A model generated the notes under the pieces. It ran no database searches and had not been told where the DNA came from. It saw nothing but the letters and a program-made list of their open reading frames with translations. A DNA stretch of 64,000 bases from Iphione sp. A-MEVVRFRX5 (Eukaryota), in NCBI GenBank assembly GCA_976226885.1, contig OZ320315.1, forward strand, positions 88,722,001 through 88,786,000. The letters run 5' to 3'. Made by a program: the position numbers and the translations under genes. Below are positions 13,550-25,812 of this stretch, piece after piece; position 1 is the stretch's first letter; each line of letters begins with the position of its first letter.

Positions 13550-14800
13550 CCCGAACATGGAGAGTCTTTTTCCCTCTGTTGGCTAGCAGCAGTGTGCTAC
13601 TTACTCAGTATCTGGCGAGAACAGACCCTGGCCGTGGAGGGGGTGGGGGGTGGAGAGAAGCACACCGGGCAATCAGTGTTTTGAGAGCAGCCAGATGGCA
13701 GCAGGGGAGAGAGGGGCTGAGTCGGTCGAGCAGACGACGAAGGTAGAGCGCGCGCGGTCAGTACGTTGGCGGTGTGTCACCATGTCACATTTACATCGCT
13801 CGACGCCGCCGCACGCCCGCCTACCGGCTGGGGAAATAGACCCGTGTGTGCAGTGATGGTGGGAGGAGGAGGAGGTGGAAGAGGCGCCGCTCCGGCTCGG
13901 ATCCTCAGCAGGGGCTGCTACTAACGGTAGGCGGTGCCGATGATGGGTGGGAAGCGTGCATGCAGCGCCAAGGCCGCTGCTGGAAGCAGCGGTGGATGAC
14001 TTGGATTCCCTGCATGGAGCGGCGCACAGCGGCCTATGCTTAGCGAGCAAGAGCTGCTCAGTGAGACCAACCGCCCAGCGAGCAGCTCAGGCGGCGCCTA
14101 TGTAGGGTGGAGTAGCTCATTTCGCCGCCTTATACTCTATTTACCTCCTGGAAGTGAAGACTGTCTTGCCAAAACGCTGCAGCCGTGGGATAGGCAGCTG
14201 TGTAGAGTGTGCTGGAGGCATCTCCTCTTGAGCTTACTACTACTGCCACGTATCGTGTGTGAATGGCTGAGCCTTGGCAAAATGGGAACTCACGCTAATC
14301 AAACAAGTTGAGAGGTTTCGCGTCGAGGCAGTGTATACGGAATGAGACTCAGGTATTCAGCATTGGGACGCCTTATGCCAGCCAAGCCTGCGAGTACTGC
14401 CTTTACGGTGTAAAGCCGGGCCCCGCCTACCTGGCGAGCTGGCCACGTCCAGCAGGGACCAGGAGTGTGTGTGCGCGTGTGTGTGTTTGTATAATGGGAA
14501 GTAGTACCGAGTGTACCGAGTCGGGCGTCTGTGCACAGCGCGAGCGCGCACCCGCATAGGAGGAGGAGGAGGGGGAGGAGGCGGAGGGGAATATTGACAC
14601 GGGACGCAGCGACACGCGCCATGGGTCAGCAATCAGCGGCCGCCCGATACAAGCAGAGAATGCCAGTAGCAAGTGGCGGTCGGATGACCACCTCCACGCC
14701 GCCGTCGTCCTCGTCGTGCTTGCCTCCTCCGTACCTGCCCGGACTCGCCCCTCTCCCCAGCTTCTGTCAAGACCACAGCATAACGCCGGGACAATGACAG
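13550..14800. promoter_or_regulatory. GC/CpG-rich promoter- or 5'UTR-like island just upstream of the LNS4 exon
   Basis: Dense CG and GCGC runs (13747-13756, 14536-14549), (GGA)n tracts (13863-13874, 14558-14580) and a CCATGG at 14619-14624. Supported by composition only. Confidence 0.35.
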
Positions 14801-15200
14801 GGACTAGCGCTTAGGACCTGTACCAATTAATCTGACGCGAGTTTGCTTTTGCAGAATTGACAGTCTTCCCCCTCTCTCTCTTGGATGCGTTAGCTGAGGT
14901 ACACGCGCATGACAGGCCATTTTTTACACGAGGACGGGGGAATGCTCTCTTGATTTGCTTAAGCTCTCGACCTTCAGAGCGTAGCTCGGACTACAGATGT
15001 GTTTTATAGTTGACTTATGAGCCTGACACTATCGAAGCGTGACTTGTGCACGGTGCCCAGCCAATCTTGGACTGTGCTATGAGATTGGGGATGTACGCTA
15101 GCAGGTTGCTGTCGTCACCATGCTGAGTGTTGTCTTCGCCGCGGTCTGGAGGGGCTGGACCCGCCTGGCTCTTACATCCGTCCTACTTGTCTGCTTACAG

Positions 15201-15309
15201 AGCGTGTACGCCGGCCGAGGCCTGGACGATGACCAGTGGCACACTGTTACCATCAAGCGAAGGGCTCAACATCTAAGTCTAAAGGTTGATAATATCACAG
15301 CCACCGAAG
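15201..15309 (+). CDS. NRXN: Alpha-neurexin coding exon, part of laminin-G/LNS domain 4 (SVYAGRGLDDDQWHTVTIKRRAQHLSLKVDNITATE + 1 nt)
   Basis: The peptide matches the neurexin LNS4 segment recalled as [31 protein letters not shown]. Acceptor: branch-like CTTAC 15171-15175, pyrimidine tract, AG 15199-15200 (phase 0). Donor GAAG|GTAAGC at 15310 (phase 1). It joins in frame to 44672 (G+CT = Ala). Confidence 0.92.
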
Positions 15310-17122
15310 GTAAGCATGGTTTTCCACTCCCTCTGTCTTTTCGTCCATGACATTCTCAGATTTCCCACTGTAACATGAGCGCATTGTATGTGATTGTCTA
15401 ATGGCGTTTGTATCTCATTGTACAAAATAATTCACTTTCCTTCAAATCCAGATCTAACACTGATGATTAAATTCATCAAATAACCATTAACACATATTCC
15501 TACTAAGTGTTGTCAAAACTTACATTAGGATACTGCAAGCCCGGTAACAAGCAATACATGTATAAGTTGCCGCAGTTCTTTCATCTCGCAAAATAAGCTA
15601 GGGAAATCATCAGTACACATTTAAAAGAGCCCTTTGCATGCTCAACGTCGTTAATGACGGAGCATCTGTATCCTCATATATATCGATCAAATTGAAGTGT
15701 CTTTTTGAGTGTCACGTTGAATAAGTATAATCGATAATCCAACCACCCTGGCAAAAACCGTAATCACAGACAATAATAATGACATATGTGTGGATGATAA
15801 ATAGGAAATGCAGCGTTATAGAGATAATAAAACCCTAATGAACGTCATGATTACTAACTGAAATTTTTGTCTGTAGGTTGTTTTAATACAGATCTTCCGT
15901 GCAAGAGTAAAACATTCCCTTGTAGCGTATACTTAGCAGTTTGCCACAAATAATCACATGTACATGTATGTAAAGAGAGAGTAGTAGTATATAAAAAGTA
16001 TCCTTCTCATCTGGCAATCGAGCAGCTTTGGAACATTAACACGACCAATGCACAAATAGACCTCGGTTTAATCATGGGAATCCGCATTGTATTATGAATC
16101 TGAATGGGATATGTCGATATTATTTATATTTAGCGTCTTTATTTCATCAATATTCCACCGTTAATAAACACTGTTAATTGCAACCAATTCCCATTGGTTT
16201 TAAGAAGTGACATAACATTCCGGTTTAAATGAGAAACACTTCGGGAACGTTATTGTTATTAGGTGAAGAAAATATGCAGGCCTTCAAAAGTAGCCGAAAG
16301 GCCGACGGCTTTCAGGCATAACTGTTGTCTTGACAGAGTCAATGACTACCTGTGATCCAACCTGAATGTGCGGGAAATGTCAGTTGTTTCTCTCCGCGGC
16401 CGCGCCACCAATCATCGCCGATGGAATGAAGACAAATAGCGGCCAGTGACCCGCGTCTAATTGCAGCCGTCGTTATGAAGCCAATTCCACGGCGGGCGCA
16501 TATGCCCATATGGGCGGGTAGGGGGCGCGCCAAATGCCGTCTCATTATGGAGCCGCCAGGCGGGGCGTCGGGAGGGACGAACGGTATCCCCCTTCCCTAT
16601 CCCACCCGCGCCTACCCTACCGCCTACAGGGGTCAAGGTATAAGCGTCAGTAAGCGTCAGCCGACGTTAAGACCAAGCTCCCCCCTGTGGCATACATACA
16701 CCTCACTGGACTCGACCGGTCGCCTCGCTGTATGTACTTACAAGGGGCGTTGCCTAGCAGCGCCTGTCTTCATTTAGCGACTGGTCACAGGGCGGACCGC
16801 CTCAGTCAGCGGGAGGTAGCTAAGAGGGTATCGTGTCCAAACCAGCGGCCACTTTACATGCTAATGGTATGGTGGGGCCGGGCGTAGGACCGGGTAGTAG
16901 CAGCAGCCGCCGCCGGCCACTTACACGGCTGGTTTACAGGGTGTAGATGGCACCTGCCACTTGAGACGGCGAGCAAAATGCCCCCCTTTTTGGGGCGATG
17001 TAGCAGCCTGTAGATACTGCTCCCAACTGGGATCAACTTCAACAACAAAAAATACGCCAATCCTACCGTGCACGGGTCTGATTGCCTCCACAGGCCCGCT
17101 CGTTTCAATATTACCTCTCTCT

Positions 17123-17125
<3 letters not shown>

Positions 17126-17185
<60 letters not shown>
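17126..17185. repeat. (CT)30 microsatellite
   Basis: Direct reading. Confidence 0.95.
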
Positions 17186-17187
<2 letters not shown>

Positions 17188-20100
17188 AAATCGAACTCTA
17201 GCCCAGAACCGCAGTGTCGTTATCATCTATAGGGCTATTCCCCCTCCAACTATTAGTCTCCAGTCGAGGGTCTCAGGTGGGTATTCCAGGGGAAGGGAGT
17301 CAGTCAATGATTATATGCCCGTGGCGTATAAATTTATGCAATCGCATATATATATGCGAGCTCCGAGCTGGAATACAGCAGAAGCTAAGTGGTCATGGGG
17401 CTCGTCAACAACGCTCGGTTAGCCACATAAAAGCTAGATGCCGCAGAGGACTGAGCCAGCTGACACAATCAATTGGAGCAGGGCACGATGGATGACCTGG
17501 CCCTGCTGCAGGTGGACACCTCCTGGGTCCATTTTCTCCCGGCTTATTGATCTAAGCGTGGTGGCGTTGACCGAAGGGGTGACCCCTTGGCAGTTGGCAT
17601 GTCGGGGGCACTGACCCAGGCCACACCGCCACCACTAACCCCCACCCCTTCGCACAGCCTCCACCACCATCACCACCACCAACATCACACTCCTCCCCAT
17701 CGTCGTCGAGCACTCCTCCACGGTCGGTGGCCCCCTGCCTCGTTGACAGCTGATAGTATCCGGGCCCAGCCCAGTGGTAGCGTGCCCAGAGCGGGGCTCA
17801 TTCAGCCAACCGCGGTCAGCCCAGGCTGGACCTCTACCCCGCCGAGAGCCTGTCAAGGTGATGAATGATATCAACAGCAGCGCCCCCATTCGTCGTCGTC
17901 GTCATTGACCCCCTCAGGGCTCGCATAGTTGGCATTCGTTTGTTTAGATGTATTGGGCACCAGCGGCACGGCCAGTACACATAAAGATGACGGGCTGCGA
18001 CGGACAAGTTGATCCCCTAGCGGCCTCATACGCCGAATATTCAGTGTGATTGCCCACATACGGTCTGACTATTGAATCATCATCCGTCCCCGTTCATCTA
18101 AGGCCTGACGCCTCCCATCGGGCAGTGGCGCCAAGCAAAGCCACGGTACATTTCATCCGAAGCCACATTGGAAGCCACGGCGTGATGCCATATGGCTTGA
18201 GACGGCCGATATAGCAATGGACAAATCAATACACCATTCCGTCACATCAGCCCAGCTTATACACCCAGTCACATCGAGTCGGTCACCAGCCACCTCTGTA
18301 CTTTTCTCCATCTCGCTGCTGCTGATGCTGTTGGGGCTTGCCATGAAAAATCTCCCCGGCGAGTGGCTCATTCCACAATCGATCAGAGACTTTGTTTTCC
18401 AATATCAATATGAGTCTCTCCCAATGTGTAAATACATCATTGGTGGAAAACTTTCGGCTGCTTTCGTGTCAGCTATGAGCATCGTGCAGCACAATCCCCG
18501 GCGTTTCTACAGAGTACGGTTTGAGGGGGGGGGGAGGGTGTACCATCAAGAAATGCAGTTCGGATGTTCTGTATTTTGGCTCACTTGCATACCGTCAGCA
18601 GATCTTGAAAGCTAGAACGTTGATTAATATTTTCGAAACATGACACCGAAACATCGATGAAATGCAATGCACACTCTTGTTAGCAATCCGCTCCGGCGCC
18701 ATTGTTCCACACAAACGCTACGGTTTCAGTCGCAGATAACAGTCCTTCGGTACTAATTAGCTTCCACGGCTGGAGGTATAATTGGTCGGGTTCGATTAGC
18801 CACATCCTATGCGCTTCTTCGGGGGGGGGACTGGTTAGGTCTGAGCGCATCGAGGGAGAGAGTTCTGATCATGTATGGTGTGTAAATTGGAGGCTGTCTG
18901 GAGGCCGACGGATTGTCCAGAGCAGGAGGAAAACAGGGTTCTATATGTATTGAGGACATCCATAATTCAAGCCAGGCCTGGCGCTATGCCTGCATATCCT
19001 GATACTGGTGGCGGGAAGGGCGACTGATGAGGGGCGCTCTGGGTTTCGTCAGAGCTGAGAAATCTCCTCCTCATCTCCATCAGACAAAATAGTTGGTGCG
19101 TCTTAGGACGGAGGTGTCAATGCATAAATCTCCACATCGTAGATGCAGTTAGAGATGTATAAGCGCACGAGTCTTAGCTACAAGGTATGTATTTTATTTA
19201 TTCGTTTCACCAAATTGATAGGGAAGAATACAATATGATGGAATCGCCACGTTCTGGGTTATGACCAACCGACCCACCACCATTACCTTCCATTTTCCAT
19301 GGTCCGATGCCTTTCATGGATGGACGAACACCCTTCCTCCCTTATCCCCCCACACCAACACTCTTGTTGCCACCAACACCAATACATACTCCTTCCTGTA
19401 CAAACGAAACCCCCGTGCTGGATCTCGATATTATATTCTACAACGATTCGATCGCTAACGTACCAGGGAGCCCATTTTGACTAGTGTACGTCTGTTCCAC
19501 GGGCAATGAATCAGCTCCAACTCTTGGTGTGATGTAGAGCACTCTGTGCAACTGATGAAAATGACCCACATTCACAGTGGCTGTAAACCGCCGTGTGAAA
19601 GGTTCTTGTTGCCCGAGGCGTCGTACCATAAATCGGGGTAAAACTCCTACCTGTGTAAGAGAACTTGGCGTTCATGCATCACTACTGACCTGATTATAAC
19701 CAGCGACTGAATGCTGTACTGATGGTTCGTTAGCAGTCTTCATATAAGGCCCAAACAAATAGTGTTACTGAATTAAAACATCTACACCACTGCGTATTTG
19801 GTTTGCTAATTTCTTGGGATGGCCCGCAGGGAACTGTGTCTGTGTGTGGGAGTAGGTAAAACGGAGCATCGCGAGTTAATGTCAGCAGCGAAACAAGAAT
19901 GAATAAATAAATGAATGGAACACATAACAACCGGGCCCCCACCTCTTTCAAAATACTTTGTGGCGCTGGATTAACGTGTCGGCTCTTTCCGCGAGAGGCA
20001 CAGTAGTGGTGAATCAATAACCTTTGATTTGCCCTGATCTATTTGATCAATGTGAACGGTGGCCTATTGTGCGGTCGGCCGACAAAAAATGAGTGGGGCA

Positions 20101-20242
20101 TATCTATTTGTGCTTTTATACGAACTATCTATTTGTCATGAATTTGTAATCGGGAAGTCAGACGGCCTTCTGGGTCTATTGCAGTAAGCCGCATGGAATG
20201 GAGATGGATATGGCATGAATAAGTATCATCAGAGAGGAAAGG

Positions 20243-20244
<2 letters not shown>

Positions 20245-20318
<74 letters not shown>
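20245..20318. repeat. (GA)37 microsatellite
   Basis: Direct reading. Confidence 0.95.
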
Positions 20319-20321
<3 letters not shown>

Positions 20322-20434
20322 AGTGCAGCAAACTCTGGGAACTACAGATATCCAGACTGGGAAAAACACACACCGTGTCGATTTCACACGCATCTGAAAT
20401 TGAGAGGATGTATACGCAGAGGACCCCCCTCCCC

Positions 20435-20435
<1 letters not shown>

Positions 20436-20468
<33 letters not shown>
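20436..20468. repeat. (AC)16 microsatellite
   Basis: Direct reading. Confidence 0.9.
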
Positions 20469-20471
<3 letters not shown>

Positions 20472-23400
20472 GAAAGCCCAAGCTGGTGTAGATTTATGAG
20501 AGTGGTAAAGATAACACTTCCCTGAATATTTCCTACCAGCAATTGCCCTTCCTAGTAGTTTGCCGATGATAGAGGCTGTTAAGAGCTGAGAGTGCACTCA
20601 TTCTCGCGCCCTGGAAACGGACGTACATTGAAGACCCGTCGCCGCCGCCGTCGCCGCCGCCGCTGTCGCCATCGTCGTCATCGTAGTCGTCGCCCAGGGA
20701 GATGCGATCCGTGAGAAGGCCTGAGCCACTCCGGGAGCCCCTCTCTCATCCCTTTGATGTCGGAATGATAAGTAAGCGCAGATAGAGGCGTGATTGATGT
20801 AGGAATCGATGAAAGAAACGTAGTGGGAGGATTGTACGCGGACGACAGAGTGGAAGGCGGGTATCTGTGTGTGTGTCGGGTGGAGGGAGGGGAGGGGGGG
20901 GGGATGCTCAAACATACAACACACCGATAGCTAGTGGCCTTTGCGCGGGAACGAGGTGGACTCGGCGGGAGTCTGATGAGACCTCCAGAATGCGAGCGTT
21001 TGTGGCGCGCTAGATGTGTCTCCGATTTCTAAGCCCGGGCCACTCACGACCTCCCCTGTTCAATCATGGTTTCGGAGTAGAAGTAGATCAAGGTAACAGC
21101 CGACTAAATGGCCCTTCATTGGCTAGTAATGGAACGTTAGTAAAGAGGAACGGCACTGTTGGCCATCGGCCAGTTAGCTGCCCCTACTCGGACGTATGGA
21201 TGGTTGGCCATGATCGGGGGCCATCAGGCCTCTGTCGTTAAGGGCCTTCAGATGGCTGGCAGGGGCCAGAGCCTTCTGACCAGTCAGGATAAATAGGGTC
21301 TCCCAATGGAGAATGGGTGTTTAATGCCGACGGATTCAGACCTAAAAAAGAGCGACGGGGTAAAAAAAAATCGTGGATTCTTTGTTGAGTTATATGTTCA
21401 TAATACGGAATGTATAATCAACGAGTCACTTATCAATGAAGTCGGCGCAGTATTATAAGTTGATCACGTTATTTTCCGTGCACCTGTCTGAAATGATTTA
21501 TTTTCTCTGTGGGTAGAACAGACGCCAACAGTTCAGGACAGAAGACAGCCCGTGCTGTATCTGACTTTGTCTACAAAAAATATACATGAACTTCATTTCC
21601 TCATAGTACAGGGAAAGAACCCGCATGCAAGCAGTCTTTAAATGGGAAAATGTCCGTTTTTTGAGGGGCCAATCATACCGGCGATACCTTCAGCACGCAC
21701 AGATATAGTATATTTGTATGTTAATCATGTTTCGACAAAGTAAATCGCGTGTGGCGCCTATACAATGTCAGCACACGTCTGGAAACCTTACAATTTCAAA
21801 CATACACGTGCCTTGACAATATGAGGTGAAATCAAGGAGGATCGTGAAGCGCCCAACAGTCTCTTTAATCATAATGATTTTATTTTAAAAATGTATACTG
21901 CTTCATACAAAACGATTGCTTCAGTTCGCGAACAATTAAAGGTGCGTAATGTATGGGCGCATGCAGCAGGCAACACACAATCTTACAGTCTTTCTAATAT
22001 CCACATTTCAGGAGTCATAAATAGTATTGAAATGAAAAAACAACATGTTAAGCTTGTGTTGAAACATTGAGATACTGCGATTTTAAAAATTGTTCTATCA
22101 TTTCAATAACGCCGCTGGGACTTCGCTTCGTCGGTGCTGAACTGGTTTTACCTTTGCAGGGCATGCGTATAGACGCCCAATTTGAAATTGTATCCTTTGC
22201 ACAAACACTGGCGTGTACTCGAGGTGCTGACTACTCTAATGAGAGAACAGATCAATGCGCCTACCATATAGAAGAGACTCGACTTTGCCTGCTTCACATG
22301 CCGGATCCCATCGTAATGAATCGGAAGGCTGGCTGTGAATTGTTCGTGTGCCCGCATAGATTAGGACATATTGGTAACTGCCGCGGAGCAGAGCTATTCC
22401 TAATGAGAGACAGCCCAGGTAATCACTGTCAGGGGTGCTATCAAGGTGGTTTCAGTCCGCGATGGCGGTGCACTGATTTATTGTCAGACAATGCAATTAG
22501 TGCTGCCCCTTTAGCACCACAGGCCACCGCGCGTGTGTGTAATAACAGAAATAAGCGTCAGGCCTTGGTCAACCATTACTTACGTAAACTGGCTTCGGTG
22601 ACGAATATTAACGAACACCTGACATGCGGTATTGTTCGCCTGGACGACATCACCGCCGTCACCCTTGGCAGCCAGGCAATCCGACGCGATTAAGGAACAT
22701 GTCATACTGCTTATTTGCTCGGTCGAACACCCGGGCATTTTCCTATGTAGTGGACTTAGAGCTCTGCTTCTTGGCGAGCTCCGCTGGACTGGAATATTTG
22801 CACCCACGGTGTTTGCTATATTTGTTCTAGGCCAACACATCTACGCGCTCACACAGAAAACTGGAACAGGGCCAAGTGGCGCTTGTCACCTCCTCCACTC
22901 TCAGTAACATTTCCACGCTCCAGATCTAACCCCCCACCTCCCCCCACCGAAACAAAACCAACCATCCTTTTACCTCTCCAGACAGAAACCCCCTCCCCTT
23001 CCCCCCTCCTTAAAGCCGCTGCTTTCCTTTGTGATATGGCGCTAATTTAAGTGACGGGCCGTGAAGAGCAGTATAGGAAATTGAAGTTTGGTTCAGGCGG
23101 AGATGCTGGCTTAAGGCGGCGAGGACGGCGCGGGGGGTATTGATGAATCACGGGTAATGTCCGCCGGCCATGAGGCTGGCCTTGTGGACAGACTATAATA
23201 GGACAGGCGAAGCGTGCTTCCACTAATCAATTTGTCCAGCCGTGACCAAGAGCAAGGGTGCACAGCCTCCCCCTGCGGACAACTGATGTGGTCAGCGACG
23301 GAGGCTCAAGGTTGGTAGGTATACCGTTTGCCGTCCAACATAAAAATGGATCCGACAATCTGATGGCTGGCGTGTAAAAGCCCGGTCAGATAGAGAGAGA

Positions 23401-25574
23401 GAGGGAGAGTTTCACACACGGCTGAGTGTGCAGGCAGATGGAGGAGGCTAGGCTTAACGGTCGGGCAGCATCGGAAAACCCCAGTCCTATCAACGGGTGT
23501 GTGTGGGTATGGTGGAGGGGAGGCGGGTGTTATACTGAAATCAACCATAAGACATGGGCCAAAACGCATTGGTAGAAACATAATTCATCACATTCCCTCT
23601 CGGCCATACCAAGAGCCTGTTTTTTCCGCCTCGCATACGGTCACGTGTCAACCCCCTGTTTTTGTTCTTTCGTCTGAATGCATTCCGAGATTCCTGATGA
23701 AAAGAAATGGGTCGGCGGAGGAAAGCGTGTGACTATCTATCAAAAGCTTATTCACAATTCTCTTTTTTTTTCATTTTCTTCTTCTGCAAGGTTTAAAACT
23801 TGCAATGGGTTGTTCGCCTATATTCTAACGAAAACGCTATTTGCTAAACAGCGTTGTTACCCAGCCAACCACCGTGTTTGAGGTATAAAAAGTAAGAGAG
23901 AACACGATGTTCAAAGACGCATTACTAAAATGCAATCCACACCACTCCCGACACGGGTACCAATTAGAGCAATACGTTACCCCATTAGAGCCGAAGGGAC
24001 GCAGGCTACGGCGTCTGTGCCTTATATAAGGAGACGCTAATCACGTGCAGCAGTACAGCTACGCCTATCGGCCAGCCTTGGCACACTTGACCATCCAATC
24101 GAATATCTCTGTGTTTGGAATGTCTAAACCGTAAAGTTCATTTCTCCCAGGGCTGTTCAGACCGCCTCGTGGCAGACATCCCCGCCCCCCGTGGACCCGT
24201 TATTAGTCTCCCCCCCTCCCCTGCCTCCCACCCCCAGCCCTCCAGAAGATGACTGAGTCTTAGTTCGTGTCACGTACGACGGAGCCCGACTGGACGAATT
24301 GCTTCAATCCCGTGACCTGTTCAGTCATGCTGAGTCGGGCGTTACAATGGTAATGACATCATGCTAGTGGCTCGCTCCTACATAGACAGATCTAAGGAAG
24401 CTAATAGATATAACGATGAGTAAAAAAACATATTATATCAAACCCTAAGAAGGGGAGTTAGGAGTTAGGAATATCACGCGAATTCCCATGCCATTTGCGG
24501 TCCACAAGAGACCATCTATATTATATTACATCTTCATTATAAAGGAAGGACATTACATCAAGAACGGGATTTCAAATTCGCGCCGGTGAATTGAGCCTTA
24601 AAGGTTTTAGTCCCCCCGTGCTTTGAAATTCTACGAGACTGTCCAGGGCAGTGTGTACATGTGTGTGTGTCTGTGTGTGTGTCTGTACCGTGGAATAGGG
24701 GATGCTTGCGTCCACGTAGACGTGTTACTTCATCGGAGGTGCACCGGCCCTGGACATATAACTCAAACCCGACCAGCCGGGGAAATAAGCGTGTTTGTAA
24801 TGTTATTAGGGGCTCATGAGAGGCATTTCCTGAGTGCCGGCGCTGGACGCCGCCTCCCAAATGTCATTAGAATCCCTGATCAATGCAAGATTGAGAAGCC
24901 GTAAAATCCCCCATGTGATTGTAACCCTTGAGCGGCTCAATGGACAGACAAATCTGCTCTCTCGCTGTCGAAATGGAGGACAAGGAGGGGCCCACCATCA
25001 CTTTACCCTTTCAGTGGTGGGCATGAACAGATGAGAGCAAGAGGTCCCCAGTTGGCTTTAAAAGTTGGCCTTGATTATCGGGTGGCCAGCAGGGGCCTGT
25101 CTGGCAGCAGCGCCCAGATTCCTTGTCCTTATCTCTTTTCTGTAGAGAGCGCCAAAGTTGTAGAGCGTCCGCGGGGCGTTCGTCCTATCAGAATGGGCAC
25201 GAAGGCCTAGGTATAAGGAGGAGCCCCTGGGGAGTATTGACCCCCCCGCCTCTAGCCAAGCCTGAGCAGCTCAGACCTCGGATCAAATTCATATGCTCAT
25301 TAAATCTGATATGCCTCTCGTCCAGGCCGGGGTCACTTCCTTCTTTAACCTGCGGAAGGTAGTGACCACCGCACGGCAAACAGTGAGACTGTCATTAGTG
25401 TATGTTGTCATGATGTTCCAAGTTCTCGGTGCAAAGAAGGCAGCCATACGTGGACCATTCTGCGGGTCTCAAATGTCATTCATCATATCTATCATTGTTC
25501 ATCCTTCTCTGTCTGCTTAAAGATTCATCAATATGAGTTAATATGGTAGATGGGTGGGAAAGTAGGAAAGTCTA

Positions 25575-25812
25575 TGTATGATTGTGTACACAGATTTACA
25601 TGTATGTACATGTTCGAGGAACATTGTACATAATGTACCTATGCAGGTTTTTATGTGTATGTACGTGTGCATTTATATGTTTAATATTTGTGCAAACTGT
25701 ACGTATGTAGGTGTGTATGCATGTAGGTATGTATGTAAGAGTACATGCGTGCATATTATACACATTTGTGCATGTATGTATGAATGTAGGTGTGTATGCA
25801 CATAGAGTCCGT
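25575..25812. repeat. Degenerate TGTA/CATG/TGCA low-complexity repeat
   Basis: Alternating purine-pyrimidine tract built from tgta, catg and gtat units. Confidence 0.75.

Larger units (their letters stand above)
1..15200 (+). other. NRXN: Probable upstream neurexin intron, or upstream region of an internal start
   Basis: No EGF2 or N-terminal LNS4 peptide was recognised here. The region ends in a good acceptor at 15200. Confidence 0.55.

Noticed and set aside
19019-19076. CTGATGAG...GTTTCGTC...GAGAAA resembling a hammerhead ribozyme core
   Set aside because: The GACGAAAC half is on the opposite strand and stem II does not close correctly; it is only a small hairpin (GCTCTG/CAGAGC).
21937-21952. 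TTAAAGG-initiated segments (also 31530, 44193, 60142) as MITE termini
   Set aside because: I could not find matching inverted partners, so no element boundaries can be supported.
22067-22693. 208-aa ORF, the longest non-neurexin ORF, containing a phase-1 donor at 22419
   Set aside because: TTG start, no recognisable domain or signal peptide, random-looking composition. One ORF of this length is roughly expected by chance in six frames of 64 kb.
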